From: an uncultured virus (IMG/VR IMGVR_UViG_3300046003_003079)
Lineage: Duplodnaviria; Heunggongvirae; Uroviricota; Caudoviricetes; Crassvirales
Virus record (IMG/VR): IMGVR_UViG_3300046003_003079
Length of the DNA: 20,000 nucleotides
Direction: 5' to 3' (one strand)
The position numbers were made by a program, and so were the translations under genes. The notes below the pieces were generated by a model that was not told the DNA's origin, ran no database searches, and saw nothing but the letters and a program-made list of their open reading frames with translations. This document shows positions 18,121-20,000 of this stretch, piece by piece; position 1 is the stretch's first letter, and every line of letters begins with the position of its first letter.

Positions 18121-18601
18121 CTTTCAGTGTTTTTTCTTGGTCTGGAGTAAGTGATCGAATAGACTTAATCTTTTCGAATGTAGTCTTGCCTTGTTCGATC
18201 TGAGAAATTGCTGCAGCTAGTCCATCAGCTGGGATTGGAGGAAGTTTTGGAGCAGGTGCTGGACGTGTTGAGAAACGTAACGCATCGACCATTTCACCTC
18301 TGAATTTCTCCTTCTCTACGGTAAGTAGTACTTGCTTTCCAATGTACGCTGCATAATCAATTGTTCCAAACAACTTCTCAAGTCGAGTGAAGTTTTTGAT
18401 TTGCATTACCATTGGTTTTACAAACTCCTTGAATTTAACGAACGGCTTGTCTTCTGTGCCGCCTTGAGATGTGAATTCTCCAACGTAGATTTTCTCAATT
18501 GTCACAGTCATGTTTTTGTACTTTCCGTTCTCTTCCAAATCCCACGAGCCAAGATACTTTTGATTCTGGATTAATGTTCTCCAGTGTTTTTGTTCTGACA
18601 T
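18101..18601 (-). CDS. Phage protein at the usual recombinase position; candidate ssDNA-binding/annealing protein
   Basis: 166 aa (HWR...KYLGSWDL, beta-rich core, Pro linker, helical tail) directly upstream of the exonuclease; function inferred from gene order only. Confidence 0.55.
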   Translation of the reverse strand: MSEQKHWRTLIQNQKYLGSWDLEENGKYKNMTVTIEKIYVGEFTSQGGTEDKPFVKFKEFVKPMVMQIKNFTRLEKLFGTIDYAAYIGKQVLLTVEKEKFRGEMVDALRFSTRPAPAPKLPPIPADGLAAAISQIEQGKTTFEKIKSIRSLTPDQEKTLKDVKPKV

Positions 18602-18610
18602 ATTTAAATT

Positions 18611-19006
18611 TTAATTGGTTGCAAACTTAGATAAATTTTTTGACAATTCCTTGTATCGAAGAATTTTTTCTTCCAAAACATTTCTTCTGTCAATAAGTTC
18701 ATCATGATTTTTCATATGCTTGATGAGGTAATTGCACTTCTCAAGCTTTGATTCTAAGGTGTTGATACATACGTTATAACATCCTTCAAGCCAGCCTTTA
18801 GTCTCGAATATATTGTACTCATGACTTGATACCTCCTTATAGAAGTCTCCAGCTAGCATGCAGTTCTTTATGGTGATACTTCCGTCACGCATTTTTTCAA
18901 TCCTGACTCCATGATCGATGTAATACTCACTGGACTTATTTTCACTCGTCCCGTAATGATACAGCGTTATATTTGGATCAGACTCTAACTGTTGCCATGC
19001 TTTCAT
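18611..19006 (-). CDS. Hypothetical protein
   Basis: 131-aa ORF; ATGA overlap with the upstream gene. Confidence 0.75.
   Translation of the reverse strand: MKAWQQLESDPNITLYHYGTSENKSSEYYIDHGVRIEKMRDGSITIKNCMLAGDFYKEVSSHEYNIFETKGWLEGCYNVCINTLESKLEKCNYLIKHMKNHDELIDRRNVLEEKILRYKELSKNLSKFATN
18622..18629 (-). promoter_or_regulatory. Candidate Bacteroidota -7 promoter element upstream of the recombination module
   Basis: TAAGTTTG followed by caaccaattaaaatttaaat-ATG (18601); no canonical TTTG at -33. Confidence 0.45.
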
Positions 19007-20000
19007 GATTTGAAATTTACAAGTTTTTTAAATCGCTCAAGTCCATATGCGTTTGTTTTTTCAAGTATTGGAATTAACTCATCAGCACGATAAGATTCTT
19101 CAACCATGTTATTTCTTTGCATCCAGTCTTTAACACCTAATTCACACGCGCCAGTTATCAATCTGTAATAATTGATTGTAATGATTGTGTCAGCATTGAT
19201 TGGTTCGTTTTTTAGTTTTTCAGAAACTAATTTAAAGTTCAAGTCATCAATTGATTTTTTGACTGTTTCTCCATGTGCTGTGAAATTATCTTTTTGAGCA
19301 ATGAAACCATGAGACCATAAAACCTTGTTATCTGATATTTTTAATTGATAAAATCCTGAATAGATTTTAATTCCTTTGGTTGTTTTTGTGTTTTCAACTA
19401 AAAACATTACACAATCAAAACGCACAACATCGTATTTTTTCTTATCAATAACAGCAATGTTATTGTTAATTGTAAGTGCAGGAGCCGTGAATGTAGCGCC
19501 CTCTTGAACATCAACGTAACCCGATACTTCGGTAAGTGCAGGAGCCGTGAATGTAGCGCCCTCTTGAACATAAACGTAACCCGATTTTGTAAGTGCAGGA
19601 GCCGTGAATGTAGCGCCCTGACGAACATAAACGGAACCCGATTTTGTAAGTGCAGGAGCCGTGAATATAGCGCCCTGACGAACATCAACGTAACCCGATA
19701 CTTCGGTAAGTGCAGGAGCCGTGAATGTAGCGCCCTCTTGAACATCAACGGAACCCGATTTTGTAAGTGCAGGAGCCGTGAATGTAGCGCCCTGACGAAC
19801 ATCAACGTAACCCGATACTTCGGTAAGTGCAGGAGCCGTGAATGTAGCGCCCTGACGAACATCAACGGAACCCGATTTTGTAAGTGCAGGAGCCGTGAAT
19901 GTAGCGCCCTGACGAACATAAACGGAACCCGATACTTCGGTAAGTGCAGGAGCCGTGAATGTAGCGCCCTGACGAACATAAACGGAACCCGATACTTCGG
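19003..20000 (-). CDS. Tandem-repeat (LRR / L-domain-like solenoid) protein with a C-terminal AHG...YRLITGAC domain; 5' end lies outside the window
   Basis: The frame of track ORF 19003..19425 stays open to 20000: (EVSG[SY]V[DY]V[RQ/QE]GATFTAPALT)n, then INNNIAVIDKKKYDVVRFDCVMF...; the GTG at 19425 is therefore internal. Confidence 0.85.
   Translation of the reverse strand, partial: EVSGSVYVRQGATFTAPALTEVSGSVYVRQGATFTAPALTKSGSVDVRQGATFTAPALTEVSGYVDVRQGATFTAPALTKSGSVDVQEGATFTAPALTEVSGYVDVRQGAIFTAPALTKSGSVYVRQGATFTAPALTKSGYVYVQEGATFTAPALTEVSGYVDVQEGATFTAPALTINNNIAVIDKKKYDVVRFDCVMFLVENTKTTKGIKIYSGFYQLKISDNKVLWSHGFIAQKDNFTAHGETVKKSIDDLNFKLVSEKLKNEPINADTIITINYYRLITGACELGVKDWMQRNNMVEESYRADELIPILEKTNAYGLERFKKLVNFKS
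19472..20000. repeat. Coding tandem array of at least 9 units of 57/60 bp
   Basis: GTAAGTGCAGGAGCCGTGAATGTAGCGCCCT begins at 19472, 19532, 19589, 19646 (one mismatch), 19706, 19763, 19823, 19880 and 19940; the array runs off the window. Confidence 0.97.

Noticed and set aside
6998..18574. Short + strand ORFs and nested - strand ORFs (14314..14496, 17433..17690)
   Set aside because: They overlap well-supported - strand genes and lack protein-like features
19407..19979. Track ORF of 190 aa (MFVRALHSRLLHL repeats)
   Set aside because: Shadow frame of the repeat; the alternative frame gives a plausible solenoid and continues into the C-terminal domain
19472..20000. CRISPR array (about 31-bp constant block at about 60-bp period)
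   Set aside because: The 'spacers' are near-identical to one another, unit lengths are multiples of 3, the array encodes an in-frame protein repeat, and no cas genes are present
19472..20000. Diversity-generating retroelement TR/VR pair
   Set aside because: Variation is strictly biallelic, includes an indel and non-adenine changes, and no reverse transcriptase lies in the window

Overview
A fragment of a tailed dsDNA phage genome, most likely infecting Bacteroidota/Flavobacteriia. Host evidence: a TTTG-N20-TAnnTTTG promoter, A/T-rich leaders with no Shine-Dalgarno, a BT4734/VirE_N-type primase and a DUF3127 SSB. On the + strand is the 3' part of a giant polyvalent/virion-ejection-type protein (1-6839), ending at a perfect bidirectional terminator. 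The rest is on the - strand. In transcription order: a repeat-solenoid protein (5' truncated), a recombination/replication module (candidate annealing protein, YqaJ-like exonuclease, NUMOD4-HNH, SSB, primase-helicase), a nucleotidyltransferase, an SF2 helicase fused to VRR-NUC, and small ORFs. A separately promoted unit (9358->6843) ends in adjacent Acb2/Tad1-like and Tad2-like immune-signal sponge genes. Highlights: (1) this candidate anti-defence operon and its uncharacterised members; (2) a tandem array of 57/60-bp coding repeats with four biallelic, amino-acid-changing sites shuffled combinatorially; (3) a possible SAM-lyase-like domain inside the giant protein; (4) an intergenic H-type pseudoknot. 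All family assignments are by-eye motif recognition; no searches were run.
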